Below the pieces are notes generated by a model. The model was not told the origin of the DNA and did no database searches. It saw only the letters and a list, made by a program, of their open reading frames with translations. The translations under genes and the position numbers were made by a program. Below are positions 39,336-53,055 of a stretch of 64,000 bases of DNA, piece by piece (the stretch's first letter is position 1; each line of letters begins with the position of its first letter). The stretch is from the NCBI RefSeq assembly GCF_009914755.1, contig NC_060938.1, one strand, 5' to 3'. Source of the stretch: the human T2T-CHM13v2.0 reference genome, Homo sapiens.

Positions 39336-41659
39336 CACAAATATCAGCACACCAATTATTTATGTAGTTCTATACATTACGCAAAAAGTTACAGAGATGT
39401 GGGGCTCATCTTCTAGGAAAACAGAATCAGAATTCTGAATCAGCTCTAAAGTCGGAGACCAAACCTCGAGCTCTCTCTAGGTGCTGTTTCTCCTGAAAAG
39501 TTGACTTGTAAGTCTAACCCAGTGCATTGCCTCTGATGGCCTGGTGTTCTTCAGATAGGTAAAAAGCAACTCGAAAAGGGGAAGAGTATTGTGCTTTCCG
39601 CAAAGACGATACTTTTTTGCTCTTTGGAAATTCTTGCTCTTTTGGTTTTGAGCTCTGAAGGTGAACAATCCAGCTGATTCAAATCCCCAGAGTAGCCCTA
39701 ATAATAGGAAAACCGTGACAACCGCAGATATTAAAAACATACCTCAATTTGCACAACTGGGGTAAGACAAATACATATGGTATTATATGAAAAAAATTCC
39801 TTTATGCAAATCTAGAAACTTACTTTAATGTCATTTCATTTAACATCAAAGAGATGATGTCAAAGAGAACATGTTTACCACTGGGAGAGTCAAATGAAAG
39901 AATTAGTCTTCTAGAATTCTTTCAAATGAAAGAATTTGTGTGTAAGGTTTGATTGGTTATTTGGCAAACACTAATATTAATAAAAAGACCAGTACTTCTA
40001 GATATGGGCCACTTTGTAGAGGGATTATGCCAGAACTCCCATAGTATGTATAGAGACCCTTGAAGGAGGGTCCTCAAACCCATAAGGGAATTTATTTTAA
40101 AAATATTTTGCTTATGGGCCCATAACTTCATTTTATGTCTCTCTAGCTCACAATAGAGGATTATAATCTATTGGGCTGATATATCTGAGTTAACATCAGA
40201 TTAATCGTATCACTTTGTGTATGAATATCATATAAAAATGTTAGTGGCTGCTGTTTTCACCATGCTCTGTCATAATTAAACAATTTATTTCATGCTGAAG
40301 CTTCCCTGTCCTGATTCTGGGATTGTCAGTTTTATGGTTCTCATTTTACACAGATAAAACCAAACTTTTCAGATGTCAAATAATGTGCTGCAGACTTCCA
40401 TGCAGTTCTCAGCTGCAGTTATAAATCACTGTTGTTTTAAGTAAGTGACCTAAATGCCATTTTTATTAGGAATAGAGTGGCTAGGAGAGACTAACATAAA
40501 GCCTCTGATGGAGTTCTAACATTTCTCCTTGAGCAGCAGGAAGAGAATTGCATTTCCTGCTGGCTAGAGAAGCCAGGTCAATTTTGTCCTACCATTCTGG
40601 GAACTATCACTTCAGACACCTAACATATCCAGGTCCTGCTTATTTTTCTTGAATGAGCTATTAAAATGCATGTATGTGTGCACATACACACATACATACA
40701 CATCATGCAGCCATTTGCCTCTGTGTATACATACATATCATTGTGTAGATTGCACTTTTTCAGAAAAGACAACTGATCACCAGCACGTCACTCTCACTTC
40801 CTCCCATGTACATTTTGTATCTTCCCCACAGGGAAGTGAAACTGGTGGTGGGTTGGAAGAGATTGAGTTTGCTGAAGTGGATTCTGCCAAGTGGCTGTTT
40901 GTGGATGACCTTTGTCTTATAGGGGGTAATAGTGGGAGTTACGGATTCCTGGCAAAATGTCTGTTCACATCTCATCACAATTAGAATCATAAACTATGGG
41001 CTTTGTGGATTTGTTCACCTGAGATAGTGATGAACTAGGAATCAAAAGATCTGGGTTTTAGCTCTATCTCTAAATATCTACATATATGTGAAGATAGCTG
41101 TGTATACCACTGTGGATATTTTCCCTCTTTTGTCTTATCTTCTCCATGAGACTTTCAAATCCTCAAAGGCACAGAGCATCTTTAATTTACACAGCATTCA
41201 CTTTTTCATCTTTGTTTGTTCCTAGACTGCATTTAGTAGAGATGTAATAAGTACTTACTGACTGATAGAATGAGACCACATCCTGCCTTAGATGAACTGG
41301 AATTCCATTTGAAAGTGTTTCCAACCAGAAATATTCTGCTTTGGTGCCACTGCTACTGTTCAGATTCAACTATAGCAGCCACAGTGTGATCAGACACCTT
41401 CTCCCCTCAGGCGCCACCCTTGGCCACCCTGAGAAGATGGGCCCCCCTGCCAGCATGTCTTTGGGGCCCAGTGTTTCTGTCTCTCTGCTTCTCCCAACAC
41501 TCAGTGGCCTGAAGAAGAAGAGCTTTGGTATATAATTTCTTTTTTCCCCCCAGCCAAGAGGAATTGAGCACTCATGAATATTTTAAGCGTGTTACAAAGA
41601 ACACAAAAGCTGTGCCTTCATGGGAGGATTAAATGTTGGTGTTTGACTCCTCACAATCA

Positions 41660-42230
41660 GCACATTTTAAAACATAAACCAGATCATGTCAGTCTCCTGC
41701 TTCAGAGCCACCAGTGGTCTCCCACACTCTTGCAACCAAACCCAAGGCTGGGTGCCAGCCTCCAAGGCACTGCCTGACTCAGCCCTGCCCACTGCTCTGA
41801 CCACCTCTTGCAGTAATTCCAGCCATGCTGATCTACTCTGGGTTCCCAGGGCATCGTAAGCATCTTTCTCTTTAGGACCTTTCTACACATCTCCCCTGCC
41901 TGGGACCCTGCCCTGAACCCTGTGCTACCGCAGGATCGTCACTCAGATCTCAGCCTGAATGTCCTGTCTCAGACAGGACTCCCCTGACTGTCCTATCAGT
42001 ATCTACACCCGATATTTTATTTCCTCACATCACTCATCATATCTGAAATTGCCTGCTCATTTCCTGGTTTTCTTGTTTACTGTTGGACCCTGACTAGGGG
42101 GTCTCACTCTACAAGGGCAGAAAGAGGTTGTCTTAGTCTGGTTCTCTGTTGTTACCCAGAAGCTGGAACAACGCCTGTTCCCCAGTGGTTGCTCAGTAAA
42201 CACATGTGGACTCAATGAGGGATTGAATTG
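41660..42230 (+). mobile_element. L2 3' region
   Basis: ttttaaaacataaaccagatcatgtc...cagatctcagcctgaatgtc...gctcagtaaacacatgtggactcaatga. Confidence 0.8.
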
Positions 42231-43449
42231 GAAGTTATTTACCTCTCTCCTGGCTTTTGCTTCCCTCTCTTCCTTTGTCTCTCTTTTGCGGAATCTGTAC
42301 CATGAAAAGGGCTGTTGTCCAGTAGTGGAACACAGGCCTTGGATTGAGGTCCTGGTTGACTCACTTGATCTGAAGCTTCTGGTCATGCACAACTGCCAAT
42401 TGGAAACAGCTACTATAGAACCACCCTCTTTTTCCAAAGGGTCAACAAGGAAATCAAAAATAGAAATACATTTCAGGTAGTCATGTAATACTTTACTAAT
42501 ACTAACCCTAAGAATAACTTTGCGATAACTTTGCAACCTTAACTTCCATTAGTCTCACTAGGCAGTTCTGCTTCTTCAATTCCTTTAGTTTGTTACATGC
42601 CCTGCGATCCAGCCCAAAACAGGAGAAGCCCTGTAGAATATATGTTGCTATATCCTCAGATATGGCCAATAAAATTTGTTTGTGACCTGTAAGGAGCAGA
42701 TGGTTCACTGAAGGCCATTCATAGAGGAGGCAAAGCACCAAAATTCAGTGTCTAGCCTTAATTTTTCCTTATTAGAGAGTCTGGAATAGAGGGATACATT
42801 TTCAGGATCTTTCCTAATAGAGGAGTTCTTTTTTTATTTGGATGAAGAGATTATTTCTGTAATTTCCCACAGTCTTAGGCTGAACTCTCCAAGTAATGAA
42901 CTTTTACTCAGAATAGTCTAGGCTTTGTGTACTCATGGAAAGTGTAATATAGCTTGCCTTGTTGGTTTTTCTGGAGATAGCACATTTGGGTCACAGGGGT
43001 TCAGCCAGTCTTCGGCTGTTATGCAGTGTAATTTTATGGGAATAGTTTTATAATGTTAACATCTGTAGACTGAGAGCTTGATGAAGACATCACCCAGATT
43101 GCCTGGGAAACGCCACTGACTTTGGGAGCTAATTCTTGATAGGTAAAATATTTAGCTCTCTCTCTGTCTCTTTTTTTTCTTTGCCTAGATACAGCTACCA
43201 ACCTTACCATTTCCATCTTTTATGGCAGATGAGCTATGTGTGTATTTTTTTTTATCTCCTTGCAGTATGCATTTTTGCAAGTTAGGGGATAAAGCCCAGG
43301 CCCTTGGCTTTTTAACTTTTCTGCTTCCTTGATATTTGTACATGAGATAAGATGTTAAAGGATTTCTCTTTACAGATTTCTGTTGAAGAGTTATAGAATT
43401 GACTGAATATTCATATGTGTACTGTCCTCTGCTTCATTAACTCTATGTT

Positions 43450-43738
43450 CATATTTCTTTTTCCCATGAAGCCTCTGTCGCCCATTTTGTTTAAAATTGC
43501 AACCTATTCCCACACCTTAAGCTAAATCTCCCTTACCCTAGTTTGTTTCCCATAGTAATGATCACTTTCTAACATACTGTATCATTTGTCATTTATTACG
43601 TTTATTGTCTGCCTCCCACCACTAGAATGTAAACTACAGGGAAGGATTTCTATCTGTTTTATTCACATTGTATCCCAAGTGCCTACAGCAGTGCTTGGTG
43701 CATAGTAAGGCTTTGATAAATATTTATTAAATGAATGC
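43450..43738 (+). mobile_element. L2a 3' end
   Basis: gtctgcctcccaccactagaatgtaaact...gtatcccaagtgcctacagcagtgcttggtgcatagtaag..ataaatatttattaaatgaatg. Confidence 0.85.
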
Positions 43739-43764
43739 ACTGACATCCTAGTGAAAAGACAGAT

Positions 43765-44292
43765 ACTGTAGTGTAGTGATGAAAAGCTTGGGCTTTGGAG
43801 TAAAACAAGCCTGGGTTTGAATCCCAGCTTTGCTGCTTACCAGCTGTGTGTCTTTAGAAAGTGATTTAACCTCTCTGAGACTCATTTTTCTCATCTATAA
43901 AATGAATATTATAGCACCTTGAAAGTGTGTTGTGAAGATAAAAAAAAAAGATAAATAGGCAATACAGCATGGTAGGTAAGAAACAAGGCTTTATCGTCCA
44001 ATGGATATGGGTTCTGGGCTTTAGCTTCCAGTTATGGCTCTCCCATTACCTTATACAATTTTTAGAAGCCCTCTAAGCTCATTTTCTTTACCTGTCAAAT
44101 GGGTATAAAATACTATGGCCTGCCTCACAGGAGAGTGGCCAGGATTAAAGGAGGTAATCTCTGCGTAGTGCTTAGCAGACTGATCAACTCGTAACAAGGG
44201 ACTAATTAATTGAAGATGACGATGATGATAATGTTTGAAAGGTGCTTAGCTTTATTGCTCACACATCATAGTAATTGCTCAATAAATGGTGG
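43765..44292 (+). mobile_element. Two MIRs, second (~43960-44215) apparently nested in the first
   Basis: First MIR runs to gtgaagataaa; a second MIR follows; then the missing MIR 3' end (aaggtgcttag...gctcaataaatggtggc). Confidence 0.65.
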
Positions 44293-44804
44293 CCTTGACA
44301 ATAAATGAAGGACAACTTTATTAGAACTCTGGGAGCCTCCCAAATTTGCCATTTTCTTTTTGTTCTCCTTTCTCCAGGGGGAAGTAAGGCAAATGCATGA
44401 AGTTATCTTTGTGAGATACTTGTTTCAACTCGAAAATGAAACAGCAAGCAATTTTTGTGTGCCACACTTTTTGCCCTGTCACCAACAGTTCTGTTATGAT
44501 TTCAGAACTTAATTTCTAATTTTTGGATGCAGTTGCACAGAGGCATTTCTTCACCACGTGATCACTGTGGGGGCTTAATATAACTCAGGCATTTGCTCAG
44601 CTGGTTTGGAGCTAATGGAATTGGCTGTAGTGGCTGTAGTTAGGGGAGATTATAATGTCTCAAGGGTTTCATTGGCTTCCACTTCCTTCTGCAGACTTAT
44701 AGTAAAAGACAAGAGATGCCTCTTCCTGGCTCTATTTCTCATTTGCTGTGTGACTCTCAGCAAGACACTTCGCTGCCGCTGAGAACCACACCCACTAAGT
44801 GGAC

Positions 44805-45008
44805 GACCCAGTTATGAATCCTTGCTCCATTCTGCTGTATGACCCTGACCAAATTATTCAATGTTGCCATATCTTATTTTCCATCTTTGTAAATAAATAA
44901 ATGTATATGACAAATAGAATGATCCTATACCTTAGGGCTTTGTGAAGATTAAATGAGATACTACATGTAAAGAGCACTTTGGAAGTACTCAATAATACTT
45001 ATTATTAT
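44805..45008 (+). mobile_element. MIR
   Basis: gaatccttgctcca..gctgtatgacc...gtgaagattaaatgagatactacatgtaaagagc. Confidence 0.7.
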
Positions 45009-45063
45009 GTTTTCTGTATAAAAAATTGAAATGTTCTATTACCATGGTATTTTGTTTATAAAC

Positions 45064-45067
<4 letters not shown>

Positions 45068-45144
<77 letters not shown>
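45068..45144. repeat. (TA)22 followed by T33
   Basis: Read directly; forms the AluY tail. Confidence 0.97.
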
Positions 45145-45145
<1 letters not shown>

Positions 45146-45424
45146 AGATGGAGTCTCTCTCTGTCACCCAGGCTATAGTGCAGTGGCGTGATCTCGGCTC
45201 ACTGCAGGCTCTGCCCCCGGGTTCACACCATTCTCCTGCCTCAGCCTCCCCAGTAGCTGGGACTACAGGTGCCCACCACCTTGCCTGGCTAATTTTTTGT
45301 ATTTTTAGTAGAGATGGGGTTTCACCGTGTTAGCCAGGATGGTCTCGATCTCTTGACCTGGTGATCCGCCTGCCTCGGCCTCCCAAAGTGCTGGGATTAC
45401 AGGCGTGAGCCACTGCGCCTGGCC
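45112..45424 (-). mobile_element. AluY
   Basis: gggttcacaccattctcc, gttagccaggatggtctcgatctc; flanks aacacttt(a/c)tata. Confidence 0.93.
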
Positions 45425-46125
45425 CAACACTTTCTATATTTTAAAAGTTCTAGAACTTCGGCTTCTGCCCATGATGTCCTGTGGGGTCCTGAAAGCAACT
45501 GTTGAAGAATATCTTTGCTTGAAAAGAGCCACGAGTGACCACTGTGTCTTCCTACAAGTGGTCAGACACAATTGTCTCTTGATTATTTAGTGTAATGTAG
45601 GGGAATAACTGAGATTAACTGGTGGTTATGATTTTGCTTAAGGCAGTGTGATGAGGACACTAAGGTTAGGGCAGCTCCTGAGCAGGAGGAGGCTGCTATC
45701 CAGAGTCAGGAAGTCTCCCAAGGTGTTTTTTGCCTGGTGATCAGCTTTTGGCCAAAAGCCTATTACTCTCAGGTGAACCTGGCCCTGTTCTTGGTCCCAA
45801 AGCTCCCGGACCAGGCTGAGCTATAAAAATAGAATGCCAAATTATTGATCCTACAGTGTAAAATTAAGCTGTTCTATCCACTGGATAGGCTTGCCTAAGT
45901 TCCCCTTTAAGGCAAATTAAGTGACAAATCAAATTATTGGACAGTTGCTTGGTAAGTACAGAATTGATGTGAGGGGAGTTAAGTGATTCAAATGCTTATA
46001 TTATCAGGCCCCGTTAGCCTGCTGTTCCACCTCTACAGTGCAGATCTATCTGTCAGGTGACCACTTGAGTGGGCACACAGGGCTTCCTGGCAACCCTGAT
46101 TAGGTTCGGAACAAGCACTTCCATC

Positions 46126-46292
46126 ATTTTTCTTTTTTTTCTTAGAGATGTGCTCTCACTCTGTCATACAGAGCTGGAGTATAGTGGTGCAATTATAGCT
46201 CACTGCAGCCTCGAACTCCTGGGCTCAAGCGATCCTCTCCCATCAGCATCCTGAGTAGTTGGGATTACAGGTGTGAGCCTCCATGCCAGGCT
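46126..46292 (-). mobile_element. Alu monomer (FRAM or AluJ right arm)
   Basis: Single arm: atagctcactgcagcctcgaactcctgggctcaagcgatcctc. Confidence 0.85.
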
Positions 46293-46349
46293 ATACTTTA
46301 TATAAAATTTTTTAGCTGACAGACTTCCTCCCCATATCCTGTTCTACAT

Positions 46350-47560
46350 ATTATTTTTTATTTAAATTCTATTTTTCATCAGAGTAAAACATGTATAATG
46401 TTTTACAAATCTAGTAATAGTATAGATTTGTACTGAAAACCAGTTTCTTGCCCCAATTTCCCCACTCTCCTTTGCTTCTTATGCTTCGGGAGCAGCCACT
46501 TTCAAATCTCTTGTTGATTCTACTAGTGACCCCCACATTTCTAACTGATATGCTTGAATTGCTGTTTCTTAATTTTTCTATTTTAGACATTATCTCATGT
46601 TTTCTATGGACGATGACCATAGGGTACTTACACCATTCTCTCCTTCCATTTCACTCTTCCCCTTCTTTTTTCCGGTATGATTATATCATAATATTCAGTT
46701 AATATTTACATTACTGTGACAATGTAAGCATTCATGGCAGAGCTACAAAATGTACCATGATTACATTTACTTTCTTCCTTCCTTTCTTGTTTGCATTTTA
46801 AAATTTATCTCTGGAACACACATTTCTCTACCCACATCTCCTATCTTTAAATCGATAAGGGCATATGAAACCATAATGCCTTGCCTTTACTACACCTAAC
46901 AAAATTAACAATTCATTAATATCATCCAATACCCAGCCCAAAATCAGATTTCCCTGATTGTCTCAAAGATATCCTTTTACAGTTGATTAGTTTAAATAAG
47001 GACCTAAATAAGGTCCATAAATTGCATTTGGTTGTTATATCCTTTTACTTTCTTTTATTCTGGAGTACTTCCCAGAATAAAATAATAAATGTCACAAATA
47101 ATGTCACAAATAATTAATAATTATGTCAGAAATAATTACTTCCTTACTCTCCTTTTATTTGTGACATTAATTATTTGGAGAAATTGGATATCAAATGCCC
47201 TATATTCTAGATTTGGCTGATGGCTTCTTCACCACGTCCTTTTAACTTGTTCTGCTAGATCTTATATTTCCCATAAACTGGTGGTTGCTGCTAAGGTTTG
47301 ATTAGATTAGGGTTTAGAGGGTTTTGTTTTGTTTTTTCTTTTTAGGCAAAAACACTCTATAGGTGGTGCTAGTACTTCCTATTTTATCATGTCACAAGGC
47401 AATAATGTCTGACTATATCACCTTTAATGGTGATTAAGTTGATCAGTGGTTCGGGATAGTGGCAGCCTGATCTTCTTCCCATGACCAAGATTTCTGTCAA
47501 CTTTTCACCTACTGGTTTTAGCACCCATTGATGATCATTGCCTAGATCCATTGTTTAATG
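46350..47560 (-). mobile_element. Ancient L1-related fragments (HAL1-like then L1MC5-like)
   Basis: cacctaacaaaattaacaattcattaatatcatccaataccca...aaataaggtcca..attgcatttggttg resembles L1MC5 3' UTR. Confidence 0.6.
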
Positions 47561-48234
47561 AGACATATATTCTGTCCTTTCATTCTGCAGTTCTGTCCTG
47601 TGCCAGTGAGTGCTGATTATTATGCAGTTTAACTCCAGAAGGCCATCTTATTTTCCTCATTTCCAAGTCTGTGTTAGAGTCAGGGAGTTTCTCTGTGACC
47701 CTCATGTGCTACCTGAGAACTGACTAAATTTATATGAAAGTAACATTCTTATAGTTGTATTGATTAAAATTTTTATTTGAACCTCTAGTTGAGCTTTGCT
47801 GTTGGCTTTGAAAACATAATGGAAAAGTGGAAAGCATTCTTGTCAGTCATGTTGAAAAGTAACTGGCAGAAAAAGTGGACTTAAAAAAAAAAAGTAGTGG
47901 AACAAATAAGGGGACTCTGCTTTGGTTTATAATGCCTCCTTTCTCTAGGGTAGGAAAATTTTGAAGTCCAGTGGGGTCTCTCCTGCCTGCGAGGGAATTG
48001 GCGAGAAGCTATCAGGATACGCATGGATGACACACAGTCACACAGTCATTTGAGGACTTTTTGGTTGCTGTTTTGTTTTAGTTTTTACCCCCTTAGAGAA
48101 GTCTTTCATAAAAATTTTTCCTAAACCCTGTTGCATGCAAATTAGGGCTTTTCCTTTCCTCTGTAATGGGGCCTGATATTCTTTGATGTGTTGTAGCAGA
48201 ATTTAGCTTCTAAATACAGTTTGAAACTAGCTCT

Positions 48235-48235
<1 letters not shown>

Positions 48236-48280
<45 letters not shown>
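48236..48280. repeat. (CA)22 microsatellite
   Basis: Read directly. Confidence 0.97.
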
Positions 48281-48284
<4 letters not shown>

Positions 48285-50177
48285 GAATTCTCAGCTGACA
48301 TGTTATTTCTATTTTTTTGTCCTTACTGCAAGAACCTGTCCTGTAGGAACCAAGTTCAGTGGTAGGAGGAGATTATGTAGACATCTTGCTTCTACTTCCT
48401 GTAAAGTTGGATCATGCAGACATGAGATGCAGGTGAACAGGAGAAGGAAGTCCTCTCCAGTGTCTCCCAGCTGGGAGCCTGTTTTCATGCTTTTCAAAGA
48501 GCTCCTTTTTTGAGACAGATGAATCCCTGGTATAAATACCTGTGCTGTTATTATAGAAAGAGACAGATTGGTCACCTTGTTAATGACTTCCAGTATTCCA
48601 GAGTTCCTCCTCTGAAATACTCTGCAGATCCAAATTATCATAATATAGGGGCCTCTTCTGCCATTTAGAATGACCTTCCACATAACTCTCAATGTCCAAA
48701 TTGGGCCCTTCCTTCAAGGCCCAGATCAAATGACTCCTCCCCTGAGTCTCCCATTGAGAAGTCATACCTTCCCATCTCCTAGCTTCCCATCCATCCTCTT
48801 TTCATGGATTACTTGCTACATTTCATTTTAGCTCATTTGCGTACTCATTTTACTTTTTTTTTAAACAGAAAAATATCAGTCTTATCTTTGTTTTAACCAC
48901 GATTTGTATTTAATAAGTATTTTCATAACATTTTTAATTTTAATAATTAATTACTTGAGTAATTTTGTTTTCTGAGATATTCAGCTTTTATTTCAACTAT
49001 GCTTCCAGTATCTACAGGGGAGTCTGTCAGTCACATGTTGAGCCAGGTTTTCTATTTCAGAAGAGGAAGGAAAAGAATGTGTAGGGGAATTAGTATGGAA
49101 CTGGAGTGAGAAGAACTAGATTCAAAACCCGTCCCCACCACTTCAGAGCAACTGCTTTAGTGCAATTGGTATGTCAGCAGGGGCCTTCCCTCAAAAATAC
49201 ACAGCTCTGTAGCAAAAGTCATCTGTAAGACATATTTAAGACTTAGTTCATCAGAAAGAGGGTAGGGAAGAAAGGACTGTGTAGATTTATGAGCAGTGGT
49301 GGATGGCACAGGGATGGGGTCTTGGGCCCTCAAAGCCCTCCGAGGTAGTACTGGCTACTGGGAAAAGGATGTCGGGGAGCAGGTCCCACTTTTAGCTGCA
49401 CTTGAAAAGATGAGTGTACAAAGCTTATGGAGTACTCAGGACGGAGAGAACATGGTGAGTGTTAGGGAAGGAAGCCTTAAATATAAACTTTACTCTTTAA
49501 CCTCCTTGCAATCTCACTCTGAACCTCCTTAGTCCCAGGTATGGGTTTCTCTCACTTCTTACTTCCATAGTCCTCTCTTGGAAGCTCTTTGGCTGAATTA
49601 ATGAAGGGGACCACTACTCATAAACCATAACCAGCACTTACGAGGAGCCTCACATTAGTAATGGACGACAACCCTCAGAGACAGCCATAGGTCCTAATGC
49701 TATTATTAATAGTCAAACCTGTGTAGAGAAAAAGGAGAAGCCAAGATCCAGTTCCACGGGACATAACAATTCACAAGCAGCTCATCCTTATTTCAGAAAG
49801 CCAGTAAGACCTAGCTTTCTCATGGAGGTTATTCTTTCACCGTCAGTCTGCCTCTTTTTCTGGGAGGTGCCCTCCCCTTCAGGATCAAGGAATGTAAAGA
49901 CCATGAGATATGGAGTCAGACTTGGGTTTAGGCCCATTTATATGCTGTAAACTTTAGGCAAGTCACTTTTTCTCTCTGATACGGAAAGAGATATAATATA
50001 TACCTTATTGATGTTGATAAAGATGTTCAGATGAAATTTTATATTCATATAAATGTGTATATTATATATATGGCCCGTTCATTATTTTAAAGCAATGTAA
50101 ATAATTCTTATCTATTACCATAGTATTTCAAAGGCTACATCTTGCCACAGGTGAGAATCAGAGGTATGTTCTGGGGG

Positions 50178-50481
50178 TTTTTTTTGTTTGTTTTTGAGAC
50201 AGAGTCTCGCTTTGTCATCCAGGCTGGAGTGTAGTGGCATAATCTTGGCTCACTGCAACCTCCGTCTCCCAGGTTCAAGCAATTCTCTCATGTGCCTCAG
50301 CCTACCAAATAGCTGGGACTATAGGCGCGTGCCACCATGCCTGGCTAATTTTTGTATTTTTGGTAGAGACAGGGTTTTGCCATGTTGGCCAGGCTGGTCT
50401 TGAACTCCTGGACTAAAATGATCTGCCCGTCTTGGCCTCCCAAAATGTTGGGATTACAGGCGTGAGCCACTGCGACCAGCC
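50178..50481 (-). mobile_element. AluS (Sx/Sz-like)
   Basis: Full antisense dimer. Confidence 0.93.
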
Positions 50482-50784
50482 AGAGGCGTGCTGTGTTCTA
50501 TTGGCTCTTTTGCCTACCAGTGCCAGAAATTTCCTACACTTCTTGGCATCTTGCTTTTCTCTCCTATGAAATAGGCAATACTAGTTGCCCTAGAGAAGAA
50601 ATTTATCTAGAGAAAAAAATGTACAAGGTAGACACAGCTGGTGAGTTACCCTTATACTATTTCCAGTACTACCAATTTCATTTCTTCCAGAAGGATTTAG
50701 AATGCCACATAGTAGTTTTCCTGGTGCCATGCTTGAAATGGTGAATCTATTTGAAAGAAGGGATTTTGTAGTCACATTGATGTT

Positions 50785-50948
50785 GCTGCTTGCTGCAAGC
50801 CAGGCAAGTCACTTAATATCTTTATCCTTAAAAGAGGAATAATGTCACCTACCTCATGGTGTTACGATGAGGATGAAAGGAGGTCTGTAACTAAGGCACT
50901 GAACATGGTGTTTGATACTCACTGGGTACCCAGTAAATGTTAGTTTTC
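50785..50948 (+). mobile_element. MIR
   Basis: ggcaagtcacttaa...acctacctcatggtgtt..atgaggat...cagtaaatgttag. Confidence 0.65.
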
Positions 50949-51171
50949 TTTGTCTAGACTATGTAGTGCTCTTCAGTTTTCACCCTGATCAAATTGCATT
51001 TGTTAAAAATTCCAAGTAAGACATGGCACTGGGTACTTTAAATAAAGGGGTGCTAAGGGAAGGTCAGCATGCGGTAGAGGGCTGAAAGAGCCAGTTACAT
51101 TTGTTTGTTTGTTTGTTTTGTTTTGTAATAAACAACAGTGGCTTCTCATCTCCTTTCCCTGGTCCTGAGCC

Positions 51172-51182
51172 TGCTGAGTCAC
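51172..51182. promoter_or_regulatory. Consensus NF-E2/NRF2/BACH (ARE/MARE) motif
   Basis: TGCTGAGTCAC. Confidence 0.45.
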
Positions 51183-52834
51183 TGTTCCAGCCCTTGGGCC
51201 ACATGATCTCAGGCTGTGTCTATGGAATACAGCAAAACCCACAAGAAACCAGCACTAATAGATGGCAGGTCATTTTGAGGGATTTTTCTTTGCGTTCCTG
51301 TGCTTGCTCTCCTGGTGAGATAGGAAACCTTTAATAAGACTTTTCCTAAATGATGTTGCATGTGAAATGCAGATTTTTTTTTTTCTGTTCTCCTAACAAA
51401 TGACCATTTCATGAGGTTTCTTTTCATTTTTTCTTCTTTCCTGCTTCTCAGTACATTCCACAAAGAGCTTATTCCTCTGCTGGTTACTGATTGATGGTTC
51501 TACTCTGTATGCCCTTTAATTTTGCAATAAACCAACAAGGAGTTGAGACCACAAACTTAAAGAGAATTGACTTATTTGACTGGATTCACTGGAGCCAACA
51601 GGCAGATTTAGTCATTTCAGTGTGGTGCTAGGGAGGGCAGGAGGAGTCCATGAGAAGGAACACCGTGTTGTCAATAACCAGACAGAAAAAAGCTTGCTTG
51701 TCCTCTCATTCCAAAGCATGTGGGCATCTGTTCTCGGCAGTGATGCCTTTCCAGGCCTTGATGAAGGCAGGACGGCTTCCATGAGATTTGCTCAGAACTC
51801 CAGGATTCTGAATTCAGTGGGACTTTAGGTATGTAGGATTGGTAGTCAGTGTTTCCAGCTTCTGTGTCCCTTTTTTCAAAGGGATCATGGTATACCTTGA
51901 AGGACTGCAGGAACAGCCATAAACCCTCCTCAGTTACCAGTCGTTAAACAGCCTGGCCTCTTGGCTAGATGACTTCAAAGACCAAAGACAAACCCCTGGC
52001 CCTATCACCTCTATCCTAGCTGAGTCTTTAACATAAGGCCAGGACCTCTGTCAGGTTATAGAGGTACTAATATACTTCATGCGCTGGTTCCCAAATATAT
52101 TAAGAATTAATTATTTTTTTTCTTATTTAGCACTACCATTGTACAGAGCAACCCATCCGAAAAATAAATACAAATATCATTTCAAATAGGAAAAACAAGA
52201 AAATATTTCTTAAACTAAAGACCTTTAGTTTTAGAGGTATGCATTTGAAAACACAGATACTATCATCACGTATATTTAAGACTGGTTCCAGACCCATGCT
52301 GCTCTCTGTGCGTTGAAATGAAACTGAGAAGACAAATGCCCAAATGGAATTTTTCCCACCTGTGAACTCCTATTCCAGATCCCAGTGTTGTTTGTGGCTC
52401 TTCCACATTTAACCAGCTAACTGCCTGCTCTTATTCTGTTCTTATGTGACAACCAATCTTCTGAAACTCTCGTCATCACATTTCAGCAGAAGTGAAAATA
52501 TTAGCAGAGTGGTTGGTGGCCAAGACAGAAATAGAACCCAGGAGTCTGTGTCCTTTCCCTTGCCGGACCTACTGGAGCATGGTTCCTCCTGCCTGAAGAC
52601 TCAGTGTTTCCAACTCTAACAAACAGAATTCTAACAGTTGACTGGTTTCTTCTTGCTACTCAAAATTTGTTTTATACTTAAACATTTTGTACAGTTTTTT
52701 CTTTATGAATGATTTTGCATTAAACAAATGGGACTTGGTTAATCTGATATCAGTGAATGCCTTATTCTGAGGAAATTAATCCACAAATATCCGTGGGACC
52801 ATGAGTTTTCATATTGAGAACCTTTTTATGTGAT

Positions 52835-53055
52835 AGACTAGAGAGCCAGGTAGACCAGGTCTGCGTCTGGTGCTCCCATGTGCCAGCTATTTGATCTCAA
52901 AAAATACCTCAACTTCTTGAACCTCAGTTTCCTCATCTTTACAACCAGGATGATAACGTTTACCTCACTGAGTTGTGAGGATAAAATAAGCCAACACAAC
53001 TCAAGCAATTGGTAGGGGTCTGACACATAGGAAATGCTTAGTGAACGTGAGTTTC
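52835..53055 (+). mobile_element. MIR
   Basis: gaacctcagtttcctcatct...acctcactgagttgtgaggataaaa. Confidence 0.75.

Noticed and set aside
41411-41426. Additional CTCF-like motif (tggccaagggtggcgc on -)
   Set aside because: Core spacing is one base short of consensus
42057-42536. Longest ORF (159 aa)
   Set aside because: Runs into antisense L2 sequence; no domain recognised
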